A stretch of 64,000 nt of DNA from an uncultured Gammaproteobacteria bacterium (GCA_964434235.1 CAYSUN010000001.1:18574-82573), one strand, 5' to 3'; counted from the first letter of the stretch, positions 9,345 through 18,823 are shown. Numbers and translations are program-made. The notes: a model not told the origin generated them from the sequence alone.

Positions 9345-9982
9345 ACACTTAATCACTAAAACAAGAAATCAATAAAACATAAAAACAAGAAAACAAGGAA
9401 AAGAAAGATTCAAGTAACAAGCAAAACAGAACACGGAACACAAAACACGGAACATTAATCATAGAACATAGATCATAGAACAAACACTTAAGATGGTTTA
9501 GCACTGCCAACTCTTACCGCATCCCTTTAGGGTGCGTAGAACTTAAAACAAGGTTAAAAAGGCAGTAAAACCACTCCCTACCTGTCTATCGGTTTACATG
9601 CCGGAGGTATGCAGGCAGGCGTAATAAACACTTAAGCTGGTTTATTGCTTACTGTTTAACATTTAATGTTTAATATTTATTTACTTAATACTTAATCATA
9701 GAACATAGAATATAGATCATAGAGCATCAAATCAATAAATCATTTAAACACTTAATCACTAAAACAAGAAGTCAAGGAAAAGAAAGATCCAAGTAACAAG
9801 AAAAATTTAATACTTACTACCTGCCTGCCGGTTTACGTGCCGGAGGTGTGCAGGCAGGCTTAACACTTACTTTTTACTTTTAACTTTTAATTTTTAACTT
9901 TTTCAATTTACTGTTTATTTACTTAACACTTAATACTTAACACTTAACACTTACTTTTAACTTTTAACTTGTAACTTTTAAT
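9345..9982. repeat. tandem intergenic repeat block: two copies of a ~55-80 bp unit, each followed by a GC-rich hairpin, plus ACTTAA/CTTTTAA-type micro-repeats
   Basis: Unit ACACTTAATCACTAAAACAAGAA..GGAAAAGAAAGATYCAAGTAACAAG at 9345-9421 and 9748-9800; hairpin CCTGCCTGCCGGTTTACRTGCCGGAGGTRTGCAGGCAGG at ~9577-9619 and 9830-9858. Confidence 0.8.
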
Positions 9983-10561
9983 ATGGAACAAAGAAAAAAA
10001 ATTATATTAATCATTGTCGTTGGTGTTTTGATTATAGCGGGAATTATAACTTGGTTTGTAATTTCTGAAAAAAAAGCTAATTCAACATCAACGGAAACTG
10101 ATACTGTTGCTACTCTTTCGGGTAAACCAGTTGATGAAAAAAAAGCAATTGTGGCAGTAGCACCAACTCAAAAAGAAAAAGTGGAAGTTTCAGTTAAATC
10201 AGTTGTTACAACTTTTGTTGAGAGATTTGGAAGTTTTTCCAATCATGCTAATTTCTTTTCAGTCGAAGATATTGTACCAATGATGACAAGTTCTATGGCT
10301 AGTTGGGTACAAAATACTTATTTGCCAACATTAAGAAGAGAGTATGATCCACAAGGTTTTTATTATAGTGTACAAACAACTGCTCCTGTTGTGAGAATTT
10401 TGAAAGAAGAAGGTAATTATATGGAGATAATGGTAGAAACCCAAAGAGTTGAAGATAGAGAAGGACAAAAACAAAATTTTAATCAAGCTATTAAAATAGA
10501 TTTAGTTAAAAGTGGTGAGGAGTGGCTAGTTGATGGAGCATTTTGGCAAAAACAAGAATAA
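9983..10561 (+). CDS. hypothetical membrane-anchored protein
   Basis: N-terminal TM helix (ILIIVVGVLIIAGIITWFVI) followed by a soluble domain. Confidence 0.5.
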   Translation: MEQRKKIILIIVVGVLIIAGIITWFVISEKKANSTSTETDTVATLSGKPVDEKKAIVAVAPTQKEKVEVSVKSVVTTFVERFGSFSNHANFFSVEDIVPMMTSSMASWVQNTYLPTLRREYDPQGFYYSVQTTAPVVRILKEEGNYMEIMVETQRVEDREGQKQNFNQAIKIDLVKSGEEWLVDGAFWQKQE

Positions 10562-11258
10562 ACTAAAACGGCTATTCGAAAAAGTACTCAGTTATATTTT
10601 CCCAATTGAGTGTGTTAGCTGTCAAAAAGAGGGGGAGTATATTTGCTCCGCCTGTTTTGCTCAAATAAAACTGATTGAAAACTTTAGTTGTTTTATATGC
10701 AATCAAGGATCATTTGCCAAAGGTATTTGTCCCAAGTGTGAAGAAACCACTAGCATAGATCAAATAATTGTGGCTACAACTTATCAAGATAATATTGTTG
10801 GTAAGCTGGTTGAACAATTTAAGTACAATTATTTAGAAGATACCAAATATCTACTTAGTCGAGTCTTGATAAAACAAATTGAACAGAAAGAATTAACTAA
10901 TGTTTTGCGTAATAAAGTTTTAGTACCAGTGCCTTTGCACAAAAAAAGATTAGCGGAAAGAGGGTTTAATCAAGCGGAAGAATTAGCTAAATTATTAGCA
11001 GTTAAGTTTGATTCTCAGGTTAATACTACAATTGTGAGGAGAGTTGCTAACACAAAACAACAAGCAAAATTGAACAGAAAACAACGTTTGCAAAATCTTA
11101 TAAATGCTTTTAGAATAGATAGTGAAGGCAGTTGGCCTGAAGAAGTAATTCTCATAGACGATGTTTTAACTACGGGTACAACATTTACTGAGTTATGTAA
11201 ATGTCTTAAGAAAAATGGTGTTAAAAAAGTTGTTTGTATTGCTATTTGTCATGGATAA
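10530..11258 (+). CDS. comFC: ComF-family protein (phosphoribosyltransferase-type, ComFC-like)
   Basis: N-terminal Cys cluster (CVSCQKEGEYICSAC, CFICN, CPKCE) and C-terminal PRTase motif VILIDDVLTTGTT; true start may be an internal Met because the ORF overlaps the upstream gene. Confidence 0.7.
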   Translation: MMEHFGKNKNKLKRLFEKVLSYIFPIECVSCQKEGEYICSACFAQIKLIENFSCFICNQGSFAKGICPKCEETTSIDQIIVATTYQDNIVGKLVEQFKYNYLEDTKYLLSRVLIKQIEQKELTNVLRNKVLVPVPLHKKRLAERGFNQAEELAKLLAVKFDSQVNTTIVRRVANTKQQAKLNRKQRLQNLINAFRIDSEGSWPEEVILIDDVLTTGTTFTELCKCLKKNGVKKVVCIAICHG

Positions 11259-11262
11259 TAAT

Positions 11263-12372
11263 ATGGAAAAAAATCAAAAAAAAGTAAAAATTTTATTAAG
11301 CGGAGGAGGTACAATTGGTTCAGTCAGTCCGCTAATTGCTATAAAGCAAGAATTAGATAAACAGCAAATCCAAGCTGAGTATCTTTGGATTGGGACGGAA
11401 AACGGCATAGAAAAAGATATTGTTAGTAAACAGAATATTGAATTTAAATCTATAAATTCAGGTAAGTTAAGAAGATATTTCTCAGTTAAAAATTTTTTAG
11501 CACCGTGGCATACTTTTGTTGGTATTATCCAAGCTTTGAGAATTATAAATAAATTTAAACCAGATATAATTTTAACTGCTGGAAGTTTTGTTTGTGTGCC
11601 AGTGGCTATTGCTGGTTGGTTATCTAGAAAAATAGTTGTTGTTCATCAGCAAGATTTAAAAATAGGTTTGGCTAACAAATTGATGGTGCCTTTTGCTAAG
11701 CAAATAACTGTGACATTTGAAAAGTCAATTAAGGATTATAAAGCTAAGAAAGTAGTTTGGACTGGTAATCCTGTTCGGCAAGAACTTTTTTCTGGTGATA
11801 TTGAGCAGGGGCGTGCTATGTTCAATTTAGAAGCTGAATTACCAACATTATTAGTTATTGGTGGCAGCTTAGGTTCAGAAATAATAAATAAAACAGTTTT
11901 TTCTAGTGTGCCTGAACTAATTAAGACAATGCAAATCATTCATATTACAGGCAAAGGTCAAGTGATTGAATGGGTAGATAAAGAAAAATTTGGAACTAAT
12001 GTTACGAGATATCATTCTCAAGAATATCTTTATGATGAATTGGTTCATGCTTATGCAGTAGCTGATTTGGTTGTTTGTCGAGCGGGTATGTCTACGATGA
12101 CAGAGTTGTCAGCCTTGAACAAACCGATGGTTGTTATCCCGATTCCAGATAATCAACAAGAAGAAAATGCCCAATTTTTTGATAGTAAAAATGCAATCAT
12201 TTTGCTAGAACAAAAATCTTTAACTGAAGATCAGTTTATTACCATTGTGCAAGGTTTATTTAATAATCCAAATAGTTTAGCTCGATTGAAAAATAATTTA
12301 AAAAGTGTAATGTTGCCAGATGCCAATATTCGATATTCACAGCTGATTAAGGAATTGTTAAAAATAAATTAA
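11263..12372 (+). CDS. murG: MurG-like GT28 glycosyltransferase (UDP-GlcNAc:lipid I transferase)
   Basis: N-terminal KILLSGGGTIGSVSPLIAI (the GGGTGGH..P-type motif) and C-terminal GGSLGSEIIN; start placed at the ATG (MEKNQ) just after the comF stop, whereas the ORF track starts at 11215. Confidence 0.75.
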   Translation: MEKNQKKVKILLSGGGTIGSVSPLIAIKQELDKQQIQAEYLWIGTENGIEKDIVSKQNIEFKSINSGKLRRYFSVKNFLAPWHTFVGIIQALRIINKFKPDIILTAGSFVCVPVAIAGWLSRKIVVVHQQDLKIGLANKLMVPFAKQITVTFEKSIKDYKAKKVVWTGNPVRQELFSGDIEQGRAMFNLEAELPTLLVIGGSLGSEIINKTVFSSVPELIKTMQIIHITGKGQVIEWVDKEKFGTNVTRYHSQEYLYDELVHAYAVADLVVCRAGMSTMTELSALNKPMVVIPIPDNQQEENAQFFDSKNAIILLEQKSLTEDQFITIVQGLFNNPNSLARLKNNLKSVMLPDANIRYSQLIKELLKIN

Positions 12373-12382
12373 AATTATTAAT

Positions 12383-13015
12383 ATGAAAAATGATTTAGGT
12401 TTAGAATTGCGTGAGCAAGAAAAAATCATCAGAGTTGTAAATCATCACTTGATTGTGATTGTTCCACACGTTGTAATCTCTTTTTTAATATTAATTTTAA
12501 ATTTTTTCTTAATGTATTATTTGTTCATTCAGGGTTGGTGGGGTGCGGTTTTGTTTTTTGCTATAGTTTTGTCAGTTTTGTTTTACATGGTGAGGTTGGT
12601 TTTCTTGTATAAAAAAAATAAATTTGTTATTACCAATCAACGAATTATAGATTTTGAGCAGGTTGGTTTTTTTGAAAAATTTATTAATGAATTTACGTAT
12701 GCAAAAGTTGATAAAGCCTCAGCCGTTGTTAAAGGAATTGGTGGCGCTTTATTCAAATATGGTAATTTAAAATTAAATTTAATTGAAGACCTTGGTCCAT
12801 TTGAATTGTACAAAGTTCCAAGACCAATAGAATTACAAGAATTAATTAATAGTCAATTAGCCACTTCTGAAGAAAAGAAAGGAATTGAGCCTAGTGCTGA
12901 GCCTGTCAGTTTAGTTATGGCGGAAATAAACATGCTTGGTCGGTCAGAAAAAATTCAAATTTATAAAAAATTAAAAGCTGAATTATTAGCTGAAAAGCAA
13001 AAAAATGAATTTTAA
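12383..13015 (+). CDS. membrane protein with bacterial PH (YdbT-like, bPH_2) domain
   Basis: Two TM helices followed by ..FVITNQRIIDFEQVGFFEKF..YAKVDKAS..GNLKLNL.., typical of the bPH_2 family. Confidence 0.45.
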   Translation: MKNDLGLELREQEKIIRVVNHHLIVIVPHVVISFLILILNFFLMYYLFIQGWWGAVLFFAIVLSVLFYMVRLVFLYKKNKFVITNQRIIDFEQVGFFEKFINEFTYAKVDKASAVVKGIGGALFKYGNLKLNLIEDLGPFELYKVPRPIELQELINSQLATSEEKKGIEPSAEPVSLVMAEINMLGRSEKIQIYKKLKAELLAEKQKNEF

Positions 13016-13027
13016 CTTCGAAAATAA

Positions 13028-13459
13028 ATGTGCTATAATCATATGGTAGGAAAATCAAGGGAAAAAATAAAACATAGTCTTTTTTCTCGGTTTTTTGTGG
13101 TATTGGTAATTTTAGTGTCAATATTGTTAATTTTTGGTATTGCTCGGGAATATATGAGTAGAAATGAACTTGATAATGAAATTAACCAATTAGAAGATGA
13201 GTTACAAAGGTTAAAAGTACAAAAAAAAGATTTTTTAAGTTCAATAGAGTCATATGATAGCGATTTTTTTGTGGAGCAAGAAGCTAGGACAAAGTTCGAT
13301 ATGAAAAAACCTAATGAACAAGTAGTTATTATTCCGATCAGTGGTATTGTTAATAATCAAGATAATAATTCAGATGTTTTAGATAGTAATAAACAAATGG
13401 ACCAAAATCAATTAAATATTATGCAGTGGTGGCAATATTTCTTTGGTATAAAGTCTTAA
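13028..13459 (+). CDS. septum formation initiator FtsB/DivIC-like
   Basis: Single TM helix, coiled coil (NEINQLEDELQRLKVQKKDF) and the conserved ..VEQEARTKFDMKKPNEQVVII motif; start could be the ATG at 13043, just after a TGcTATAAT box. Confidence 0.6.
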   Translation: MCYNHMVGKSREKIKHSLFSRFFVVLVILVSILLIFGIAREYMSRNELDNEINQLEDELQRLKVQKKDFLSSIESYDSDFFVEQEARTKFDMKKPNEQVVIIPISGIVNNQDNNSDVLDSNKQMDQNQLNIMQWWQYFFGIKS

Positions 13460-13532
13460 TAAATCATATTTGGAATTAACTAATTTAAGTATTTTAATAA
13501 ATAGATTAGTTGATTACACTTAATTAATTTTT

Positions 13533-14549
13533 ATGGAAAGCACAGAGAAAAAAGGGAAAAAACTGGAGGGTCTTTTTCTTAAAATTAAAAAAAATATTAA
13601 AAAACCGAGTCGAATGGTAATCGCCATTATTGTTAGTAGTTTAGTTGTTGTTTTTTGTTTTTTGGGTATCGTTGGTTTAGGTGCATATCGATATGATTGG
13701 AATAATAAATTTGTAAAAACAATAACCAAAGCCTTACCTTTCCCAGCTGCGATTGTAGATGGCTCAGTTATAAAACTTTCTGATTGGAAATATGAGGTTG
13801 AAGGTGTGATGTTTTATTCTGAACAACGACTTGATGGTGTTGTCAAGGCTGATGTAGAAAAAGAAGTAATGGATAAGATGATAATGGAGAAAATTTTAGA
13901 AAAAATGGCGAAAGGTTATGGTGTAAAAGTTACAGACGAAGATATCGGTGAACAATTAGTGGTATTGGCAGAGCAAGTTGGTGGTATGGAAGAATTAGAA
14001 AATGTTGCTAAGGAATATTTTAATTGGGATCTTGAAACTTTTAAACAAAAAATTCTTCGACCTGAAACATTACGAATGAAATTAATTGAAAAAATATCAA
14101 CATCTGATAGAGCAAGAAAACAAGCTAAAGTTAAAGCAGACAAGGTATTAGCTGAAGTAAAAAGTGGCGATAAGGATTTTGCTGATTTAGCAGAAGAATA
14201 TAGCGATGATACAGGTTCAGCTGCAGTTGGTGGAGATCTAGGTTATTTTCCACGTGGTGTAATGGTTCAAGAGTTTGAGGATGTAGCTTTTTCTTTGGGC
14301 GTTGGCGATGTTAGTGATTTAGTTTTAACTGATTTCGGTTATCATATAATTAAGGTTAATGATCATATTTATCCAGAAGATGTCGTGGGAATTGACGATG
14401 GACAAACTGATGAAGACTTGGCTAATACAACTCAAGAAGAAGTTAGTGCTCAACATATTCTAATTTCAACCAAAGGTTATGATGATATACTTGCTGAGTT
14501 TGAAGAAAATGCTCGAGTTCATAAATTCGTAGCTTTGGATAGTGAATAA
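13533..14549 (+). CDS. PpiC-type peptidyl-prolyl isomerase (PrsA/SurA-like, membrane-anchored)
   Basis: Parvulin signature [43 protein letters not shown]; N-terminal TM anchor. Confidence 0.7.
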   Translation: MESTEKKGKKLEGLFLKIKKNIKKPSRMVIAIIVSSLVVVFCFLGIVGLGAYRYDWNNKFVKTITKALPFPAAIVDGSVIKLSDWKYEVEGVMFYSEQRLDGVVKADVEKEVMDKMIMEKILEKMAKGYGVKVTDEDIGEQLVVLAEQVGGMEELENVAKEYFNWDLETFKQKILRPETLRMKLIEKISTSDRARKQAKVKADKVLAEVKSGDKDFADLAEEYSDDTGSAAVGGDLGYFPRGVMVQEFEDVAFSLGVGDVSDLVLTDFGYHIIKVNDHIYPEDVVGIDDGQTDEDLANTTQEEVSAQHILISTKGYDDILAEFEENARVHKFVALDSE

Positions 14550-14570
14550 ACAATAAACATAGATGGACTT

Positions 14571-15278
14571 ATGGAGGACTTAAATCAACAACCTATTAAA
14601 GAAAATAATTCAATGAAATTTTTTTGGAAAATTGCATTGTCAGTTGCTATTACTATTATAGTAATTTCTTCTATTTTCTTTTATGTTTATCAAAAAACAA
14701 TCTCAGTGTCAGACCAATTAGCTTCTGATTTTAAGGAGCAGAATAACGTTCTTTTAGCTGAAAAAGATTCACTGTTGCAAAGTATTGCAACAAAAGAAAT
14801 GGAAACAAAAGAGATAAGTGAAAAATTGTCCGAAACTAGCCTAGCTGTTCATTTACCAATCAGATTTAAATACCCTGAATTATGGAGTCTAAGTTATTAT
14901 TACAATGTAACAGATGATGTTGTCAGTCCTTTTGAATTAGTTTTTAGTGATAGTAACGGAAGAGCTTATCTTAAGGTAGAATCACCGGTGCCATCTGTTG
15001 GCTTGGAACCATGGATTTTGACAGAGAAGGATGATTTGCCTGAGGGTGTTGATTATTATGAGTATGATGAAAATTTAAATATTGGTGAAATGGCTGGGGT
15101 GGAGAAAGATAGAGCCTTAATTTATCGGTATAAATACGCAGAAGATAGAACTTGTGTGCCAGCAAATGACGATGATAAGATAGGTTGGTTTTTTATGAGT
15201 TTTTCAACTTCCGCAGAAGATCCTGGTTTTTATATAAGTTTGTTTAATGAAATTGTTAAAAGTTGCCACGTCGAATAA
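14571..15278 (+). CDS. hypothetical membrane-anchored protein
   Basis: N-terminal TM (ALSVAITIIVISSIFFYVY), coiled-coil stretch, acidic C-terminus. Confidence 0.45.
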   Translation: MEDLNQQPIKENNSMKFFWKIALSVAITIIVISSIFFYVYQKTISVSDQLASDFKEQNNVLLAEKDSLLQSIATKEMETKEISEKLSETSLAVHLPIRFKYPELWSLSYYYNVTDDVVSPFELVFSDSNGRAYLKVESPVPSVGLEPWILTEKDDLPEGVDYYEYDENLNIGEMAGVEKDRALIYRYKYAEDRTCVPANDDDKIGWFFMSFSTSAEDPGFYISLFNEIVKSCHVE

Positions 15279-15281
15279 AGT

Positions 15282-16016
15282 ATGAAAAAATATTTTGCTT
15301 GCATTATCTTTAGCTTTTTAGTGTGTCTTAATGTTCAAGCTGAAACTTTTGTAACTGATATTTATGTTGATCAGCCAACTATTAGTAAAGGTTATACTGT
15401 CGTGAGTGAGGATGAAAATTTTCGTTTAGGAATTTATCCAGAAGTTTTAGCCAAAGAAACGAGAGTAGTAGTAAAACAATTTGACCAGAATGATTTTGTC
15501 TATCCTGAAAATTGGACTCCAATTAGTGATGTTTATGAATTTGATATTTTCAATAAACAAGCATTCCAAAACGAGAAACCTCTTATTATTAGAATTAAAA
15601 CACAAAAAGCATCAACTCATTTGAAGAAAATATTTTTCTGGAATGGTGTGATTGAACAATGGGTTGAATTGCCTTCGGAAACAGCTGACCTAGAAACAAT
15701 GAAATCAATTATTCATTTACCTTATGCGAAAATGGTTGTACTTGAAAATCAAGAAATATTAGGTATTGGTGATGCTAGCTGGTATGCTTATAAGGGTTGT
15801 ATGTGTGCGGCTTCACCTGATTATGCCAAAGGCACAAAGTTAAAAGTTAAAGATCTTGATACAAATAAGGAAATAGTTGTGACTGTAAATGATTACGGTC
15901 CAGACAGAAGTATTTTTCCAGAGCGAATTATTGATTTGGATAAAGTTGCATTTCAAGAATTAGGGAAATTAAGCTGTGGCGTCTTGAAAAATATATTAGT
16001 TACGGAAATAAAATAA
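15282..16016 (+). CDS. secreted RlpA-like double-psi beta-barrel (DPBB) protein
   Basis: Signal peptide; C-terminal DASWYAYKGCMCAASPDYAKGTKLKV..VTVNDYGPDRSIFPERIIDLDKVAFQELG matches the RlpA/DPBB_1 consensus (aSWYG..tAAh..lp.gt.v.VtN..nGk.v.VrvnDRGP...gRiiDLS.aAf..L). Confidence 0.65.
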   Translation: MKKYFACIIFSFLVCLNVQAETFVTDIYVDQPTISKGYTVVSEDENFRLGIYPEVLAKETRVVVKQFDQNDFVYPENWTPISDVYEFDIFNKQAFQNEKPLIIRIKTQKASTHLKKIFFWNGVIEQWVELPSETADLETMKSIIHLPYAKMVVLENQEILGIGDASWYAYKGCMCAASPDYAKGTKLKVKDLDTNKEIVVTVNDYGPDRSIFPERIIDLDKVAFQELGKLSCGVLKNILVTEIK

Positions 16017-16025
16017 AAATAAAAT

Positions 16026-16706
16026 ATGATAAGGTTTCGACAAGTTACAAAATTTTATGAGCCAGATACTTATGCGCTCAAAGGTGTTAATATCCACATA
16101 AAACAAGGAGAGTTTGTTTCGATTATTGGACAAAGTGGAAGTGGTAAAACAACTTTAGTGAAATTATTAACAGCTGAGGAAACTTTAACAGACGGTTCAC
16201 TTAATTTGAGTGGTTGGGATATTTCCAAAATTCATTATCGAGAGATCCCTTTACTTAGACGCCAAATAGGCGTGATTTTTCAGGATTATAAGTTGTTAGC
16301 TCAAAAAACTGTATACGAAAATATTGCGTTTGCTTTGGAGGCGTGTGGTGCTCCACATAAAAAAATAAAAGCAATTATTCCACAAATTTTAAGAGTTGTT
16401 AACCTTTCAAATAAAGCTGATCGTTATCCGAAGCAACTTTCAGGTGGAGAACAACAAAGAGTTGGGATTGCTCGATCTTTGATTCATAGACCAAAAATTT
16501 TGGTGGCGGATGAGCCAACAGGTAATTTGGATTTGACTAATACTCGGGAAATTGTTGATTTGCTAAAAAAGATTAACGAACTTGGCACAACTGTGATGTT
16601 AGTTACGCATGATCGTGATGTTGTAAATATGCTAAAAAAACGGGTGATTGTTTTGGATCGCGGGCAAGTAGTCAGTGATCAAAAGGTTGGTCGATATGTT
16701 ATGTAG
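16026..16706 (+). CDS. ftsE: cell-division ABC ATPase FtsE
   Basis: Walker A GQSGSGKTTL, ABC signature LSGGEQQRVGIARSL, Walker B ILVADEPTGNLD; followed directly by ftsX. Confidence 0.85.
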   Translation: MIRFRQVTKFYEPDTYALKGVNIHIKQGEFVSIIGQSGSGKTTLVKLLTAEETLTDGSLNLSGWDISKIHYREIPLLRRQIGVIFQDYKLLAQKTVYENIAFALEACGAPHKKIKAIIPQILRVVNLSNKADRYPKQLSGGEQQRVGIARSLIHRPKILVADEPTGNLDLTNTREIVDLLKKINELGTTVMLVTHDRDVVNMLKKRVIVLDRGQVVSDQKVGRYVM

Positions 16707-16712
16707 TTAATA

Positions 16713-17648
16713 ATGAAAATAAAAATAAAATATATGAATTATTCTTTTTTCCGAATAATAAAATTTGCAATTCAAGATTTCTATAGAAATTTTTGGTTAT
16801 CAATAGTAACTATTACAGTTCTAATTTTAGCTTTATTTTCAGTTAATATTTTAGTTTCCTTAAATGCTATTTCTGATAGTGTTATTAGTTCAGTCAAGGA
16901 CAAGGTTGATGTAAGTGTGTTTTTTCAGGCTGAAACGCCACAAGCTGTGATTGATAATTTTCAGCAAAAAATTGTGGCAATGGATGAAGTAGACAGTGTT
17001 TTGTTTATTGGTAAAAATGAAGCTTTGGATAGTTTTAAGGAAAAACATAGCGATGATCCAGCTTTGATGGAAGCGCTTAAGGAAGTCGAACAAAATCCTT
17101 TGTTAGATGCTTTAATTGTTAAGGCTACAGACACTGCTGGTTATAATAAAATATTATCAACTTTGAATTTACCAGAAAATCAAGAAGTCATTAAATATCA
17201 AAATTATACTGATCATGAAAAGATTATTAACCGAGTTTCTGTTTTGAGTGATAAAATTAGAAAATTCAGTCTTTCTTTGACAGTGATATTCTCAATTATT
17301 GCGATATTAATAGTTTTTAATGCAATTAGAGTCACAATCTATACTCATCGTGAAGAGATCGCAGTTATGCGCCTTGTGGGGGCTAGTAATTCATTTATTA
17401 GAGCGCCATTTTTGGTGGAAGGTATAATTTTTGCTCTTGTTTCTGTTTGTCTGGCTTCAATTGCTTTGTATGTTTGTTTTATTGCATTAACTCCATATTT
17501 AAGCGGTTTCCTTGAAACTTACAATTTTAGTTTAATTGGGTATTATCAAGCTAATTTTTGGCAAATTTTATTATCTCAGATTGGGGCAGTGATCCTTTTG
17601 AATATAGTAAGCGCGGGTGTGGCTATAGGTAAGCACCTTCGAGTTTAA
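16713..17648 (+). CDS. ftsX: cell-division permease-like protein FtsX
   Basis: TM1, large extracytoplasmic domain, three C-terminal TM helices; genomic context with ftsE. Confidence 0.8.
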   Translation: MKIKIKYMNYSFFRIIKFAIQDFYRNFWLSIVTITVLILALFSVNILVSLNAISDSVISSVKDKVDVSVFFQAETPQAVIDNFQQKIVAMDEVDSVLFIGKNEALDSFKEKHSDDPALMEALKEVEQNPLLDALIVKATDTAGYNKILSTLNLPENQEVIKYQNYTDHEKIINRVSVLSDKIRKFSLSLTVIFSIIAILIVFNAIRVTIYTHREEIAVMRLVGASNSFIRAPFLVEGIIFALVSVCLASIALYVCFIALTPYLSGFLETYNFSLIGYYQANFWQILLSQIGAVILLNIVSAGVAIGKHLRV

Positions 17649-17724
17649 GGGTTTACAATGTCCAAAAATCATGCTAAACTACTATTCGTAGTTAGCATTT
17701 TGTTATTTAGTCTATCGAAATAAG

Positions 17725-17813
17725 GAGAGGTGCCTGAGCGGTCGAAAGGGGCACCCTGCTAAGGTGTTAGATTCTAACGGGTCTCGAGGGTTCGAATCCC
17801 TCCCTCTCCGCCA
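17725..17813 (+). tRNA. tRNA-Ser (anticodon GCU), long variable arm, CCA encoded
   Basis: Cloverleaf read by eye: acceptor GGAGAGG/CCTCTCC, anticodon stem GCACC/GGTGT with loop CTGCTAA, long variable arm, T arm GGGTTCGAATCCC. Confidence 0.8.
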
Positions 17814-17903
17814 AAAATAGACATATAAACAAATAAGGGATGAGAAGCCTGCCCTGAGGTAGGAGCAAGCGACGAATCTCAGGGAATCCCTCCCTCTCCG
17901 CCA
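17814..17903 (+). repeat. short insert ending in a 20-nt direct copy of the tRNA-Ser(GCU) 3' end (GAATCCCTCCCTCTCCGCCA)
   Basis: Exact duplicate of tRNA positions ~17794-17813 at 17884-17903; att-site-like tRNA 3'-end duplication. Confidence 0.7.
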
Positions 17904-17996
17904 ATTTATTCGTTTTTTGGGCTTAAATATAGTGCAAAGGGCTAATCATAAAAATAGCGTAAATTACTTGTTGCAAATTAAAATCATAATAATTAT

Positions 17997-18086
17997 GGAG
18001 AGATGGCTGAGTGGTTGAAGGCGACGGTCTTGAAAACCGTTGAACCTGCAAGGGTTCCGTGGGTTCAAATCCCACTCTCTCCGCCA
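17997..18086 (+). tRNA. tRNA-Ser (anticodon UGA), long variable arm, CCA encoded
   Basis: Acceptor GGAGAGA/TCTCTCC, anticodon stem ACGGT/ACCGT with loop CTTGAAA, long variable arm, T arm GGGTTCAAATCCC. Confidence 0.8.
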
Positions 18087-18216
18087 AAGATTATCAATTC
18101 TTAATATCGGGATTTGAATGGGAAGGGGTAGGGAAACGGTAGTTTCCCGAGGAGGAAAGTTGGGAAACCTTGGGTTTCCCAAAGGAGCAAAGCGACGCTC
18201 AAGATCCCACTCTCAC
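18087..18216 (+). repeat. insert ending in a near-copy (19/20) of the tRNA-Ser(UGA) 3' end, with internal GGGAAAC/GTTTCCC hairpins
   Basis: ATCCCACTCTCACTCCGCC at ~18198-18216 versus tRNA ATCCCACTCTCTCCGCC; shares the motif GGAGCAA(A)GCGACG..TCARG with the first insert. Confidence 0.65.
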
Positions 18217-18242
18217 TCCGCCTAAAATAAACTTAATTTAAG

Positions 18243-18272
18243 CAGTTTCGCGTACGCGAAGCTGTTTTTTTT
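18243..18272 (+). terminator. rho-independent terminator
   Basis: Hairpin CAGTTTCGCGTACGCGAAGCTG followed by T8. Confidence 0.7.
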
Positions 18273-18295
18273 ATTGCTCTTTTTTGTGTAATTTT

Positions 18296-18328
18296 ATTTG
18301 CCTGATTTCGGAAAAATGAGTATAATTT
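18296..18328 (+). promoter_or_regulatory. promoter-like direct repeat DR1 (GGAAAAATGAGTATAATTTAGTTAGATTT)
   Basis: Contains a TATAAT box; 31/33 identical to the copy at 19903-19936. Confidence 0.5.
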
Positions 18329-18394
18329 AGTTAGATTTGGGTTCGGGTAGGAGGATTTTTGTAAAATTAATTTTTATTTTTTAATCCCAACAAT

Positions 18395-18823
18395 ATGATA
18401 GATCTTAAAAATGCTAATAAAAAACTTATTGATTTAATTTTTTTTGCCTTGGATAACGGAATCGATTCGGTTAAAACAGGTGACCTCTTAATACCATTTA
18501 TTGTTGCTGAAACAGATAGTAAAAAAACACTAAATAAGTTTGTACCAAAAGATTTTAGTAAAATGGAAGAATGTTTGCAAAAAGCTCAAGAATATATAAC
18601 CAAGCTTAATCCTTTACCAGATTTTATTGTGATTACGTTTGATGGGAAGGTAACAATTCAAGGCGAAAAAACAGAGGCGATAGTGGTCAAAGGATTTGAT
18701 AAAACACAAGATGAAGGGTTTGTATTTGCCCAGAGATATAAACCAAAAGCATTTTTAAAAAAGTTTTCTGTCATAGGTAATGCTGGTTACATGGGAAATG
18801 AATCAAACCCATTGAAAAAATAA
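18395..18823 (+). CDS. hypothetical protein
   Basis: 142-aa ORF inside the DR-flanked cassette; no motif recognised. Confidence 0.45.
   Translation: MIDLKNANKKLIDLIFFALDNGIDSVKTGDLLIPFIVAETDSKKTLNKFVPKDFSKMEECLQKAQEYITKLNPLPDFIVITFDGKVTIQGEKTEAIVVKGFDKTQDEGFVFAQRYKPKAFLKKFSVIGNAGYMGNESNPLKK

Noticed and set aside
9335-9982. Possible CRISPR array because of repeated units and hairpins
   Set aside because: Only two unit copies, irregular spacing (~400 bp vs ~80 bp), repeats degenerate and accompanied by unrelated micro-repeats; no cas genes nearby; structure fits a MITE/sRNA-like repeat, not repeat-spacer architecture
11215-11262. Upstream extension of murG start (MVLKKLFVLLFVMDNN...) given in the ORF track
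   Set aside because: Would overlap the 3' end of comFC by 44 nt; the ATG at 11263 lies 4 nt after the comFC stop and begins the conserved MurG N-terminus, so the shorter start is preferred (uncertain)
17964-18182. Minus-strand 72-aa ORF
   Set aside because: Overlaps tRNA-Ser(UGA) and the tRNA-3'-end duplicate; tRNA structure is far better supported
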